DNA of 64,000 nt from Scenedesmus sp. PABB004 (Eukaryota), in assembly GCA_014905635.1 (NCBI GenBank), contig JABVCE010000021.1, forward strand, positions 372,001 to 436,000, in the 5' to 3' direction. The position numbers were made by a program, and so were the translations under genes. Numbering within the stretch: the stretch's first letter is position 1; each line of letters starts with the position of its first letter. Under the pieces are notes generated by a model. It did no database searches and had not been told where the DNA came from. It saw only the letters and a list, made by a program, of their open reading frames with translations. Of this stretch, positions 22,701-35,500 are shown piece by piece.

Positions 22701-25328
22701 GTCCTTGGCCACGTGCAGCGCCGCGTGCGCGAGCAGCGCCCACGACGCGCAGAGCGCCACCGTCATGCCGTGCGCGGCCCAGAAGCGGCGGCCAAAGAGT
22801 TCGGGCAGGAAGCCGGAGCAGGCCGGCAGGCGCTCGCCGCTGCCGTCGAGGCAGACGTCAGGGATGAGGTACGCCTGCGCGGCGCGGCGCAGCGCGGCGC
22901 GCGTCGCGCGACGCGCGACGCGCGCCAGGCGGGGGCCGGCGCCGCCGGCGCGGCGCACAGCCCTCACGACAGCCTCCCCCCTCCCACAAAAAAACGCGCG
23001 CGCACCATGAGGCTCCACCACACGAGCAGCACCGCGTGCAGCGTGAGCAGGCGGCTGAACGCGACCGCGACCGCGCCGAGGCTGCGCGTCTCGACAAACG
23101 TCTTGCCCAGCCGCCCGCCCGCCCAGAGCTCGTCCGTCACGCGCAAGCTCGCGCCGAGGTGGCTGACCGGCGCGCTGCCGGCAACGCCGTCGGGCGCGCC
23201 GCCGCAGCCCGGCAGCGTCGCGGCGCGCAGCTGTCCGGCGAGCAGGTCCAGGCGCCGGTAGCTCCGCGGGTAGCGCCCCCGCGCCGCCTGCGTGGCGGGC
23301 CGGAACGCGAGCGCGCGGTGCGCGAGGCCGCCGCCGGGCGACGGCGACGCGTAGCTCGCCACAAACGCGGCCGACTCGGCGGCCTGCGGCGAGGCGGCGG
23401 CGGCGGCGGCGGCGGCGGGCTCGTTGGCGCGCGCGGTGCGCCCCCGCGTGCCCGGGCGGCGCCGGGCGTGAGCCGCACACACCTTGCGCTCAAAGAGGAG
23501 CAGCAGCCGGTCCCACGGGTCGGCGCCCGCGACCTCGCCGGCGTCCTGCGCCGCGCCGCCGCCGCGCCGCGCCGCGCGCGCGTCGCCGGCGAGCGCGCGG
23601 ACGAGGTCCAGCAGCACCTGCGGCGCCGCGCGCCGCGCGGTCGGCGCGCGGCCCGCGGCGGCGCCGCCGCGCTGGGCGCGCTGCCCGGCTGGCCTCCCGC
23701 AGGGGGCCACGCGCGCGCGCGCGCGCCGCACCGCAGGGATGCAGGCCGACTCATTGGCGTCGTCGTAGCCGAGGCGCAGCGCCGGCTGCTCCCCCGCCTC
23801 GCCCATGAGGCCGACCTGCTCCGCCAGCAGGTTGAACGCCGGCTGCACCGCCATGTCGAGCGCCACGCAGCCGTCGCCAAAGAAAGAGAGCTCGTCGTCC
23901 AGCAGCGCCGCCAGGTCACGGACGCCACGCCCCTGCGCCACGCGGCGCGCGCGTGGGGCGCCGGCGGCGGTCCGGCGGCGCGCTGCGGGCGCGGCGCACG
24001 CGTGCGCCCCACCTGCACGTGCAGGCGCTGGAGCCCGGCGCACTGCTGCGCCGCCAGCGACGTGACGCCGGCCCCGCCGCCCTGCGCCTGCCCGCCCGGC
24101 CGGCCCGTGGTCCACACATCCGGCGAGTATGACCAGCTGCAGTCGAGCAGCGCGCCGCGAATGAACGCACTGCCGCGCGCATTGCGCGCCGGCAGCAGCG
24201 CGCCGCGCACAAAACCCCGCGCCAGCACCGCCGCGGCCGCGTCAGGGCCCAGCCCGCCGCCGCCGCCGCCGCCGGCCCAGGCCAGCGGCGAGAGCGCGCA
24301 GCCCGGGTCGCCCAGCAGCGTGCAGGCCTGTGCGCGCGGGCGCCGGCGGCGGGCGCCGTCAGCGGGCCGCGGGCCCCACCGGCAGCAGCTGCCAGCGAGG
24401 GAGGGGTGTGCCGCGCGCGCCGCCTCGCCGCGCGGCGCATCGCACCGCGGCGTGGTTGGCGCTGGCGCGCATGAGGTGGAAGAGCAGCCACAGCAGCTCT
24501 GGTGTGTGCCGCAGGTTAGCCGCTTCGCTCCAGAGGCAGAAATACAGCGCCAGCTCGCCCAGCTCCCCCACCCAGCCGGGGCACGCCGTCACGAGCAGCG
24601 GCTGCTCGCCGCCGCCCGCGCCGCCGCCGCCGCCGCCGCCGCCGGTGCCGCCGCCGGTGCCGCCGCCGCCGCGGTGGCCGCGCCGCGTCCGGGACAGCTC
24701 GCGGTCCACCGCCGCCACGCCCGCCTTGTGGCGCCACGCGGCATACGGCGCAAACACGGCCGCGTGCAGCGAGCCCACGGCGCCGGCAAACACGTCGTCG
24801 GCGCTCCCACCGCCTGGCAGGCGGGCGCGGGCGTGGGCGCGGGCGGTCGGCCGGCAGCTGCCGAGCGCCCGGCGGAGCCGCGCCCCAGCAGCGAGCGGGC
24901 GCCCCCGGCGCGGCGCCCGCCCCGCCCCGCACCCGCGCCCTGCGCGACGACGGCCGCGCGGTCGCGCAGCAGCTGCACCAGGTGGTCCCCCGCCGCGCCG
25001 CTCGTCGCCGGCACGACCTCGCCCGCCTGGCCAACCTCCTGCGAGGCGTTGAATGCCTGGAAGCCGAATGCGCGCGCCTGCACGTGCACCGCCTGCGCGC
25101 AGCGGCGCGAGGTGGTTGCGGCGGTTGGCGCGCCGCCAGCGCGCAGCGCCCATGGCGACGCGGCTGCAGCCCCCCGCCGCCGAGCCCGGCAGCGGCGGCC
25201 CCCACCAGCTCCACCGCCACGCCCCAGGGCGCACGCCAGGGCCCCAGGCCGGCCACGACCGCCGCCGCAGCCTCGTCCACGGGCGGCAGCAGCGACGGTG
25301 CGGAGCTGCCACTGCCGTCGCGCGCCAT
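14110..25328 (-). CDS. Callose synthase / 1,3-beta-glucan synthase (GT48), paralog 1; many exons, termini approximate
   Basis: FGFQ, LYFCLWSEAANLRHTPELLWLLFHLM, GYDDANES, KTFVETRS, FFASSL, TTLTPHYGEDVLY, EWKNF, WASMRGQLLERTVHGIMHY, KFSYVVS, ILGEGKPENQNHA, QTIDCNQDSY, GFREWVFS, RFHYGHPD, SEDVFGG, GKGRDMG, GNGEQVISRD, YGGAKYSATGRG, YARSH. Confidence 0.93.
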
Positions 25329-25384
25329 CGCGGCGGCTGCCCGCTGAGCGGTGTGAGGGCTAGCGCGGCATCGCCGAGTCGCTC

Positions 25385-26050
25385 CCAGGCCGCGCGAGCG
25401 CGCCTAGCAGCCTCCTGGCGGCCGCGGAGCTGGGCGCAGCCAGCGGCGCCGCTGGCCTGAAGCACGGAGCACGGCGGCGCCGCGGAGCTCGCGCTGTGCT
25501 CGTGAGGTGTGTCTGACTGCCTGCGCGGGCTGAACCAGGCGAGCAGCTGCGGGCGCGGTTCTGCGCGCCGCATGCGCCGCAGCTGCCTCGCCGCCGTGGG
25601 CCCAGCTGCGCGCTCGCTGGTCCGGACACCCCAGCTCGAGGCGGCGCGCGCGCGGGCACTGGCTCGCAGGACCGACAGCCGGAGCGATGCCCCCGCCCTC
25701 CTAGCCCCGCCGCGCCGCGCCGGCAGCAGCGGCGGCGCTGCGTGCCCGGGCGGAGCGCCGGCGGGTGGCGCCCTGAGGCGGCGCCATGCTGTATCCACTG
25801 AGCGCCGTCCGGGCCACGCAGGCGGTGGGTGCGGTGGCAGCGAGGGGCCGCCGCGGGCCGGCCGCGCGCTGATCGAACGCCCCAGCAGCGCGTTCGACAG
25901 CTGCCCGCCCGCGCTTGACCGCCGGCGCCGCCGCTGGCTCCCAGGGCGTCTACGCGCTGGCCGAGGCGTTCGGCTTTCAGCAGTTCAACTTCTCGCCCGC
26001 CACGCAGGAGTGGGTCGCCGCCAGCGCGGGCCTGGCCGCCAACCAGCTCA
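25385..26050 (+). pseudogene. Truncated duplicate (~665 bp) of the upstream region and first exons of callose synthase 2 (counterpart 30832-31490)
   Basis: Near-identical DNA to 30832-31490 including an intron. Encodes GVYALAEAFGFQQFNFSPATQEWVAASAGLAANQL, then similarity ends. Confidence 0.92.
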
Positions 26051-26186
26051 GCGCGGCTTTCACGACGCCACACCGCCACAGCTCACGTTCGTTTGTTCGA
26101 GTGCTTTATAATACATCCGCCCGGTTCCACGCACAGCACCAGCGTTTCGTTTCCCACCAGAAGCGGGAGCTCCCATGCACGCCCGC

Positions 26187-26886
26187 TCACACCACGCTGG
26201 CCGCCGCCGCGCGCACGACGGGCGCGCTGCCGGGGGCGGCCCCGTGCGCGCTGAAGCTCTTGATCGACGTCAGCTCGGCCTTGGACATGTTGCTGCGGCG
26301 CGCCGCGCGGCAGAGCGGCGGTGAGCGCGGGCGGCGGGCGGCAGGCGGCAAGCGGCGGGCGGCGCACGCCGGCGGCCCCGCCCGCGCGACGCACTCGAGC
26401 TTGGTGCCGGTGCGCAGGCAGTCGATGGGGTGCACCGGCGCTGCCTCGTTCGGGTGCTTCGCCGGCCCGTACCTGCGCGCCGGGGTTGGCTCGCTCAGAC
26501 GGGGGGGGGGGGGTGCGTGCGCTGCACGGCCGCGGCGGCGCGGGCAGCGGCGGCACGGGGCGGGGCCGGCTCGGCCGCGCAGGGGCCGCGTCGCGCCTCT
26601 CGGGGAACAGCCTCCGCCGCTTGAGGTAACACAGCATGGCCAGGGAGCCGATGAAGATGCCGCCGAGCACGCACGCGATGATGATGCCCGCGACGGCGCC
26701 CTTGCTCAGCCCCGAGCCCGGGTAGATCGTTGGCCCCGGCAGCGCTGCAGCGTTGCCAGCGTTGTAGTTAAATTGTCCGAAGCCCAGGTCTTGAGAGAGG
26801 GACCCGCCCGCCTGCGCCGCGGCCGTGGCGGCGAGCGCGGACAGCACCAGCGCTGCCGTCGACGCGGCTCCCCCCGCGCCAGGCAT
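26187..26886 (-). CDS. Small single-pass type I membrane protein of unknown function; about 3 exons
   Basis: Signal-peptide-like AALVLSALAATAAAQ, short ectodomain, GLSKGAVAGIIIACVLGGIFIGSLAMLCYL TM helix plus KRRR stop-transfer, spliced tail ending VRAAAASVV-stop. Confidence 0.7.
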
Positions 26887-27161
26887 TCCGTGAGATGCGT
26901 CTCAATCGGCGAGTACAGCTTCGTCGGCCACGCCAAGCGGGGTTCTGGCGGTTGAGTGCAGCGGGTGGCCGAGTGGGGCTTTCGCCGCGGCGGCACCTTG
27001 CCCCCCGAAGAGCATCTCCCGGCGACGCCCAGGAATCAACCGCTTTCGTCGATCGGCCGTCCTCACCAGCGGCGCGCTTTGCTGTGTTCGCGCCCACAAC
27101 GCCTGGACCGGCGGTCGAACGGCGGCACCAGCTCACACCAGTTCAGACTACCTCGGCAGCC

Positions 27162-27890
27162 ATGGCGGCGGGCGCGCCCGACATCCTCTGGATCGTGGTG
27201 GTTGGAGGTGAGCGCGGCGGCGCGGCGCGGCCGCGGCGGGCCGGCGAGGCGGCGGCGAGCACGGCGCGCAGCGCAGCGCCCATGGCCATTATTCGCCCCG
27301 CCTGGCTCGCCCTGACCCGCCCGCGCCTCCCCGCGCTCAGGGATCGTCGCTTGGATGATGGCCTATGGCATTGGCGCCAACGGTGGGCCGCCGCTGCGCG
27401 CGGGGGGTGCGAAACGGGGCCGTGGCCGTGCTGCTGCGCCGGTGACGCACCGGTGACGTTGCCCCGCAGACGTCGCCAACGCCTTTGCCACGTCCGTGGG
27501 CTCGCGCACGCTCAAGCTCAAGTGGGCCATCGCGATCGCGGTGGTCATGGAGACCATGGGCGCCATCTTCCTCGGCGGCAGCGTGTCGAGCACCATCAGC
27601 GGCGGTGCGGCCCGCGCCGCGCCGCGCCGCGCCCCGCGCCGGGCGCGTGAGCCCGCGCGCCGCAGCCGGCCGCGCCCGGTCATGCGCGCGCGCGCCCGCC
27701 CACCCGCCGCGCAGGCGTGGCTGACCCCAAGACCTTCGCCAACACGCCAGACATCTTTGCCTATGGTGCGCCGCGGCGGTTGACCGATCAACGCCACGCC
27801 GCGCCCGGTCAACGCTGCGCCGCACCGGCCCGCCGCCCCCAGCGCCGCCCGCCGCCACCCGCGCCCACGCGCCCGCCCGCGCCCGCCCGC

Positions 27891-27931
<41 letters not shown>

Positions 27932-30402
27932 GCGCAGGCATGCTCTGCGCGCTCACGTCCGCCGCGTTCTGGCTGCTGTTTGCGACGTACTGCGAGCTGC
28001 CCGTGTCGACGACGCACTCCATCGGTGCGGGCGGCGCGCAGCGCCAGGGGCGCCGCCGCGCGCGGCCCCCACGTCCGCCCGCCGCGGCGGGGGCAGCCGG
28101 AACCCGGGGCGCCCCGGCCGCCGCCGCCGCCCCGCGCCGCGCGCCCTCCTGCCCGCTCCGCCTCGCCCCGCGCGCCCCTCACCCCTCCCGCCCGCGCGTG
28201 ACGCGGCGCGCAGTCGGCGGCGTGATCGGCTTTGCGCTCGTCTACAAGGGTGGCAGCGCGGTGATCTGGTGCGGCCGCACCTCGCAGTTTCCGTACGTCA
28301 CGGGCGTGGTGGTCATTATCGCGAGCTGGTTCATCAGGTGCTGCGTTCGCCCTGGCCCCTGCCGCCCCCTTTCCTCGCCTGCCTCTCTCACCCCCGCCCA
28401 CCCGCCCGCCGTCCCGCCCGCGCGCCTGCCCTCCAGCCCCCTGCTCGCTGGCATCATGTCGTACATCCTCTACACCATCCTCCGCCTCGGCGTGCTGCGC
28501 GGCCCCAACTCGCCGCGCAAGGCGATCTGGTGCCTGCCGCTGCTGCTGCTCATCACGCTGTTCGTCAGTGCGTGCACGCGCGCGCGCGCGCGCGGCTGGC
28601 AGCGCCCGCGGGTCAACCCGCGGCCGCCGGTCAAACGCGGCCGCCGGTCAACCGCGGCCGCCGGTCAAACGCGCCCGCCCCTCTCTCCCTCCCCGCACAT
28701 GTCGCCAGACATGTTTTTCATCCTCTACAAGGGCGCGAAGAACATCGTCAAGCTCGACATCACCACCGCGATCTGGGCGTCCGTCGTCGCCGGCGCCGGC
28801 GCGGCGCTGCTCGGCGCCGCGATCGGCGTGCCGCTGCTGTTCAGGCAGCTCAAGGTCTGGGACAACACCATGTGAGCGCCCGCCGCCGCGCGGGCGCGCG
28901 CGCCGCCGCCCCGGGGGGGGGCCGCTGCGGGCGCCGCGGCCCGGGCGCCGCGGCGCCGGCCCGTGGCCCGGCCTCACTGCTGCTCGCGCGCGCGCGCGTC
29001 CCCGCACCCCCGCCCGCAGCACGGACATGGAGAGCAGCGGCAAGGCGGTGCCCAAGGTGCTGCCGACGCTGCGCGGCAAGGCCGAAGTCGAGGGCAAGCA
29101 GGCGCTGCCCAACTGGATGATGGCGCGCGACGTCGACCCCAAGGACCAGAGCGTTGCCGCGTACTGGCAGCGCGCCAAGAACGGGATGTTTGGCGGCCTG
29201 CAGCAGGACATCTTTGCGGTGCGCCAGCCGCGGCGGCAGCCAGCCGCAGCGACGGCGCCACGCGCCTGCGTGCGGCCGCACCGACTGGCACCTGCGCCGC
29301 CGCCGCCGCCGCCGCGCCGCGCGCGACGCGCAGGCCGTCGACAACGACAGCTCCCTCAGCGACATCCACGACGCCGCGGAGGCCTTTGACCCCCGCACCG
29401 AGCAGGTGTTCAAGTACCTCCAAATCATCTCCGCCGCCGCCATGTCCTTTGCGCACGGTGCGCCGCCCGGCCGGCGGCGGGCTCAACTCGGCTCGGCGGC
29501 GGCGCCGCCGGCGCTGCCGCCAGCGCTGCCGCCGGCGCCGACGCCGCGCCGCGCGCCCTCCGCCCGCCGCCAGGCGCCAACGACGTCGCCAACGCGGTGG
29601 GCCCCTTTGCCGCGATCTACGGCATTTACCAGTACGGCTTCATCTCCCCAAAGAGCCAGGTGGAGCCGTGGATGCTCGCCGGCATCGGCGCCACGGGGTG
29701 CGGTCGCCGCGGCGCCCGATCGAGCCCCGCCCCGCCTCGCCCGCCGCGGCTGCCGGCCGGCGGCCGCGCCGCGCCGCGCCGCGCCGCCTGATCACACGCT
29801 GCCGCCGCGGCCGCAGCATCATCGTCGGCCTGGCGACGTGGGGCTGGCGCATCGTGCGCGTGCTGGGCGTGAAGCTGACCGCGATCACGCCCGCGCGCGG
29901 TTTTACGATGGAGACCACCACCGCGCTCGTTACCGCGTTTGGGAGCTACCTCGGCATCCCCCTGTCCACCACGCAGACGCACGTCGGCTCGACGACCGGC
30001 GTCGGCCTCGCCGAGGGCCGCCGCGGCGCGGTCAAGTGGAGCCAGCTGTGCCGCATGTTTGCGGGCTGGGTGTTCACGCTGATCATCGGCGGCCTGATCA
30101 GCGCCGCGATCTTCGCGTGGGGCACGTTTGCGCCGAGCAAGGCGTTTGGCGGGCAGATCTTGCAGTACCAGCGCCAGATCCAGTACACGACCGACGCGCA
30201 GCTTGCCGCGCTCAACGCCTCGGCGGCCGCCAACCCCGCGGCCGCGCCGCCCGGCCTCGCGGCGACGGCCAAGGAGTGGGCCGCGCTGACCGGCAACTCC
30301 AAGAGCCACGTGTGGCCCGCGACGACCATCGCGGCGTCGGACGTGCTGCCGATCGCCAACCAGACCGGCGAGATGTACAAGGCCATGGCGGCCGCGCCCT
30401 GA
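27162..30402 (+). CDS. PiT/PHO4 (SLC20) family phosphate symporter, PTB-like; multi-exon
   Basis: Both PiT signatures ([18 protein letters not shown] and [16 protein letters not shown]), plus [16 protein letters not shown] and [19 protein letters not shown]. Confidence 0.95.
28611..28671 (+). repeat. Four ~17-bp tandem units containing GGTCAA in a PTB intron
   Basis: ggtcaacccgcggccgcc ggtcaaacgcggccgcc ggtcaaccgcggccgcc ggtcaaacgc. Confidence 0.85.
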
Positions 30403-30774
30403 CTGAGCGTGTGGGTGGGAGGAGGCCTCGGGTGATGTGCGCCGGTCTACGTGCAGTCGCAGGACTACGCTGACCAGTGTTGAACAGAGGCAGAACTTCG
30501 TTGACTTCAACAAACTTGAATCATGAGGGCCTCGCTCGGCGACCCTTGGGCTTTCGGACAACGCCCCGTGCATGTGGGCACATGTGGATGTGCATGTGGC
30601 TCAGGCATGCCAACGCAAGCGTGCAGGGCGGGCGGCGGACTTCTTTGGGGCGTTAGGCGCGTGCCCCAGCCGGGGCCTGCGCGCCGCGGCGGGGCGCGCG
30701 GCGGCCGCGAATTGTCGGACCCCCAACGAAAACGAACGTCTTGCATAAAGAAAGCGCGCGAACTGCCGCGCCAA

Positions 30775-30779
30775 TGTAA
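30775..30779 (+). promoter_or_regulatory. Candidate TGTAA polyadenylation signal of the PTB gene
   Basis: TGTAA lies ~370 nt after the stop in a lower-GC 3' region; TGTAA is the established chlorophyte poly(A) signal. Confidence 0.5.
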
Positions 30780-31226
30780 AGAGCTACTATGGAGTCCCCC
30801 GGCACCGAGCGCCTTCACTGAGCCGTCGCGGCCAGGCGGCGCGAGCGCGCTCTGGCGGCCGCGGAGCACTGGGCGCAGCCAGCGGCGCCGCCGGCCTGAA
30901 GCACGGAGCACGGCGGGCGCCTGCGGAGCTCGCGCTGTGCTCGTGAGGTGTGTCTGACTGCCTGCGCGGGCTGAACCAGGCGAGCAGCTGCGGGCGCGGT
31001 TCTGCGCGCCGCATGCGCCGCAGCTGCCTCGCCGCCGTGGGCCCAGCTGCGCGCTCGCTGGTGCGCACACCCCAGCTCGCGGCGGCGCGCACGCGGGCAC
31101 TGACTCGCAGGACCGACAGCCGGAGCGATGCCCCCGCCCTCCTAGCCCCGCTGCGCCGCGCCGGCAGCAGCGGCGGCGCTGCGTGCCTGGCCGGAGCGCC
31201 GGCGGGTGGCGCCCTGAGGCGGCGCC

Positions 31227-32541
31227 ATGCTGTATCCACTGAGCGCCGTCCGGGCCACGCAGGCGGTGGGTGCGGTGGCTGTGAGGGGCCGCCGCGGGCC
31301 GGCCGCGCTGATCGAACGCCCCTAGCAGCGCGTTAGACAGCTGCCCGCCCGCGCTTGACCGCCGGCGCCGCCGCTGGCTCCCAGGGCGTCTACGCGCTGG
31401 CCCAGGCGTTCGGCTTTCAGCAGTTCAACTTCTCGCCCGCCACGCAGGAGTGGGTCGCCGCCAGCGCGGGGCTCGCCGCCGACCAGCTCAACGCGCTGCT
31501 GCGCGATGCGGCGGTGCGCCGAGCAGCGACCAGCGCGCCGCCGGCGGGCCTGTCCGTGGTGGGCTCGCGCCCGCCGAGCGCGAGCGGCGCGGCGCCGGAC
31601 GAGGCGGCTGCGGCGGCGGCGGCCGCCGCGGCGACGGCGGCGTGGCAGCAGGCGGTGCTGGACGTTCACGCCGAATACTTTGAAGAGCAGAGCCGCTGGG
31701 CCGCGCAGCTCGGCCTGCCCGCGCCGCCGCCGGCGCTCGGGCGCGCCGCGAGCCCGGGCGACCGCGCGGCCGCGCTGCTGCTGGAGCTGGCCCTGCAAGC
31801 GCTCATCTACGCCGAGGCGGCCAACCTGCGCCACACGCCGCACCTGTGCTTCCTGCTCCACCACATCATGCGCAGCAGCGCGCCGTTTGCGCAGGCGCGC
31901 ACGCACGCGCCTGGCGCGACCGCCGCGGTCCCGGCCGCTGCTCGGCCGGCGGGGGCACGCCCGCGCGCTCACGCGCACGCGCTGCGCCGCGCCGCGCCGC
32001 GCCGCGCCGCGCCCCGCCGCAGGCGGCCGCAGCGTTCGCCGCCCCGGGCGCGCCCCCGCAGCCGCCGCACTGGCGCTATTGGTTCTCGTGGCCCGCGGCC
32101 GACTGGCCCAGCCGGCCCAACGGCTACGACGTCACCAGCCTGCGCCGCAACCTGCTGCAGCAGCTGCACCTCGGCTGCCCAGAGGCGCTGCTCCGCCGCG
32201 GGCCGGCCGCGGCGCCGGGCGCCGAGGCGGCCCACGCGGCGGCGCTCGGCGACGCGGCGCGCGGCGTGCTGGCGACGTTTGCGGAGCCCGCGCACCGCGC
32301 GCTCGCCGAGGCGCTGCTCGCGTCGGTGCTGGGCCTGTTTGGGCGCGACGAGCGCGGCCAGCTGCTGCCGGACCCCCCTGCGGGCGGCCCGCCGCGCGGG
32401 CAGCAAGTCTTCCTCAACTGGGTGAGGCACCACTGCAGCCGCCGCCGCTGCGCGCCAGCCGCCGCTGCGCCCGAGCCACGCCGCGCCACCGGCAGGCGGG
32501 GGCGGCCCGCAGCCAGCTGGCAGCGCCGCCGCACACGCCCC

Positions 32542-32572
<31 letters not shown>

Positions 32573-35500
32573 TGTGCAGGTGGTGCAGCCGCTGTTCTTT
32601 ATCTTTGCCGAGCAGATTGACCTTGCTGGGCAGCAGGGCAGGGAGGAGCCGGCGCTGCGCCTGGGGTACGACGACTTTGACGAGGCCTGCTGCAGCCCCG
32701 CCCGCGTGGCGCGCCTGCTCGGCCAGCTGCGCGGCGCCGACCCCTGGGCGGCGCTGCTCGGCGCGCTCGCGCCGCCGGCCGCGCCGGCGGCGGCGGGGGG
32801 CAAGGCGCGCGCGCGCAAGGAGCGCTACCCCCGCAGCCTGGAGCGCCAGCAGCTGCTGGCCAGCCTGCCCGCGCTGCTCGCGCCCGCCGGCGCCGACGCG
32901 GCCGGCGGCGCCGGGGGCCTGCCGGCGGTGCGGCACGAGTCCGAGGACCTCGCCACGGTGCGGGGCGGTGGCCGCCGCGGCCCGCGCGCAACCGCCGGCG
33001 CCCAGCCCGCGCCGGCACGCCGCCGCCACCGCAGATCTACGCGCGCGCGCGGCACGGAGCAGACTGGTGGGTGCGGCAGCTCTTCCGCACCAAAACCTTT
33101 GTCGAGGCGCGCAGCCTCGCCGCGCCTTTTGTGGCCTACTGGCGCGTTTATGCTTTCCACGCCGCCCTCTTCGCCGCCATGGCCGCCGTGGTGCGTGGGT
33201 TCTGTGTGGGGGCGGCGCGCGGCTACGGGGCGGCGTCCCTGCACGCTGCCCCACCGCGCTCGGCGCCGGCGGCCTGGTTGCAGCGCCGCGCCTCCCCCGC
33301 CGCCGCCGCCAACCCGCCGCCGCCGACCTGGCCGCCGCCGCCGCCGCAGACGTTCATGGTCCGCTTGCGGCCAGCGCTGCTGGCGGCCGGCGACACGCCG
33401 GCGCAGTGGTGGTGGCGCGTCGCGGCGGGGCTCGCGCTCGGCACGGCGGCCGACGCGGCGATGCGCGGCGCGCGCTGCGCCGCGCACCTGGTGCTGCTGG
33501 CGCACCAGGTCTGGCCGGCGCTGCGCGCGCCGCCCGGTGGGGGCCCGACGGTCTTCTTGCATCCCTTCCCCGCGCGCGCCTGGTGGCGCGCGCCGCTGCA
33601 CGGCCTCGGCCTCGCGCTCTGGGCGGCCTGGGCGGGCGTGCTCGCGCTCTGCGTCGTCCCGCTGCTCGCCGCCGCGCCGGTGCCGTTCCTGCGGCCGGTG
33701 TTTGACGTCCTGCACGGCCCGGGGCGCGCGCCGCCGCGCGCGCCGCTCTGGCTGCTGCCGCCTGGCGCGCACGCGCTCGTGCTCTGGGGCGGCGCGGCCG
33801 CGCGGCAGCGCGCCGGCTACGCGATGACGTGGCCCGCGCTCGCGGCGGCCGCCGCCGCGGCGCTCGCGGGGCGGCGCCCCGGCCGCCGCGCCGCGCCGCA
33901 CGCCGACTGCGCGGCCGACCCCGCGGTCGAGGCCCTCTTCTTCCCCGCCACCGCGCTCGCGGTCGAGCCGCGCCGCTGGCTTGCCAACGCGGCGCTCTGG
34001 GGCGTCGTGCTGTCGGTCAAGGTGGCCTTCGAGGCGACGTGCGTGGTCTACCCCCTCACCGGCGTCATGCTCACGGCAAGGCGTCAGCATGCTGAGGACA
34101 CTGCGCCCGCGCGCGGCCTGCGGCACCACGCCTCGCCGCGCCGCCCTGACGCACGCGCGCCGCCTCCTCCTGAACCCTCAACCCTAAACCCTAAACCTTT
34201 GACCCCCGCAGCTCACGAGCGGCGGCGGCTTCTGCTTCCTCAAGCAGCTCGACGACCCGGAGCCCCCGGGGCACGACCACACCGTGGCCTGCCCGCTCAG
34301 CCACGCCGCGACGCTGTGCGCGCTCGCGGTGCCCGCCGTGCTGCTCAGCCTGTGCGACACGGGGCTGCTGCTCAGCGTCGTCGGCGGCGCCTGGTCGGCG
34401 GCGCTCGGCTTCCGCCGCGGCGTGGGCAGCATCAAGTGTGCCGCAGCCCTGCCGAGCGCGCGGTGGCCGAGCGCCGCCCTGCGCGTCGCAGGCGCAGCCG
34501 CCGCCGCTGACCCCTGCCGCTGCCGCCGCGATGCCCGCCTGGCGCAGGAGCTGGTCGCAGCTTGTGAGCCGCTTCCAGCCGCTGTTGGAGAGCTATCGCG
34601 CCCACTGCGTGAGCCGCGGCGCGCTCGCGCTGCACCTGGCGCGCTGCTCGCAGCTCGACCCCGGCGCGGCGCTGCAGCAGGTGCGGGCGCCGGGCCGGCA
34701 GCGCGCGGCCGGGCCCGCCGTTACGCGCCGCTGCGGCCAGCGACTCGCGGTCGGCCTGCCGCCCCGCTCCGAGCCGCTGCCGCCGCCCTCGGCTCGGCAA
34801 ACAGGTGAGCCTGGCGGCGCTGGCCGCCGGCTGGAACGCGCTGGCCATCGACCTCCGCCAGCGTGACCTGTTGAGCAACCGCCAGCTCGCTTGCCTCCTG
34901 TTTGAGTCGCTGCAGCTGGAGCCGGAGCAGCTCGAGGAGCTGCAGCGCCGCAAGCTGCCCACCGTGCTGCCGGCCAGGTCGGCGCGCGCGCGCGCGCCGG
35001 GGCGGGCCGCGCGGCAGCAGCCCGCGGCGCCGCCGGCGGCCAAGCGGCGGCGGCGGCGGCGGGGCCTGACCACGCTGCGGTCACTCGCCGCCTCCTGCCT
35101 GGCAGGTGCTTCATGGTTGGTGCGGTGCCCGAGCTCGCTGCCGCGCTGCCGGGCTCCGCGCAGCACCTGTGGGTGGCGGAGATGGGGTGGGCTTGGTTCG
35201 TTTGGGTCTGCCTGCAGTGCGGCCTCGTCACGCCGGACGAGGGCAAGGACCTGGCGCGCCTGCAGCTCCCGCACCCGCCCGCGCAGCGCGAGCACATGCG
35301 GCGCCGCCTGCGGCTACTGGCCGAGGCGGTGACCCTGCTGCGCCTGCTCAGCGCGTCGGCGAGCCCCAGCAACGTCGCCGCCGCGGCCGCCGACGCGGCG
35401 CGCGCGGCCGCGTGCGACGGCGTGCCCCTCGCCCCCGCCGCCGGCGGCGGTGCCGCCGCGGCCGCCGCCGGCTCCCGCGGGCTGCTGCACGGCGTGCCCA

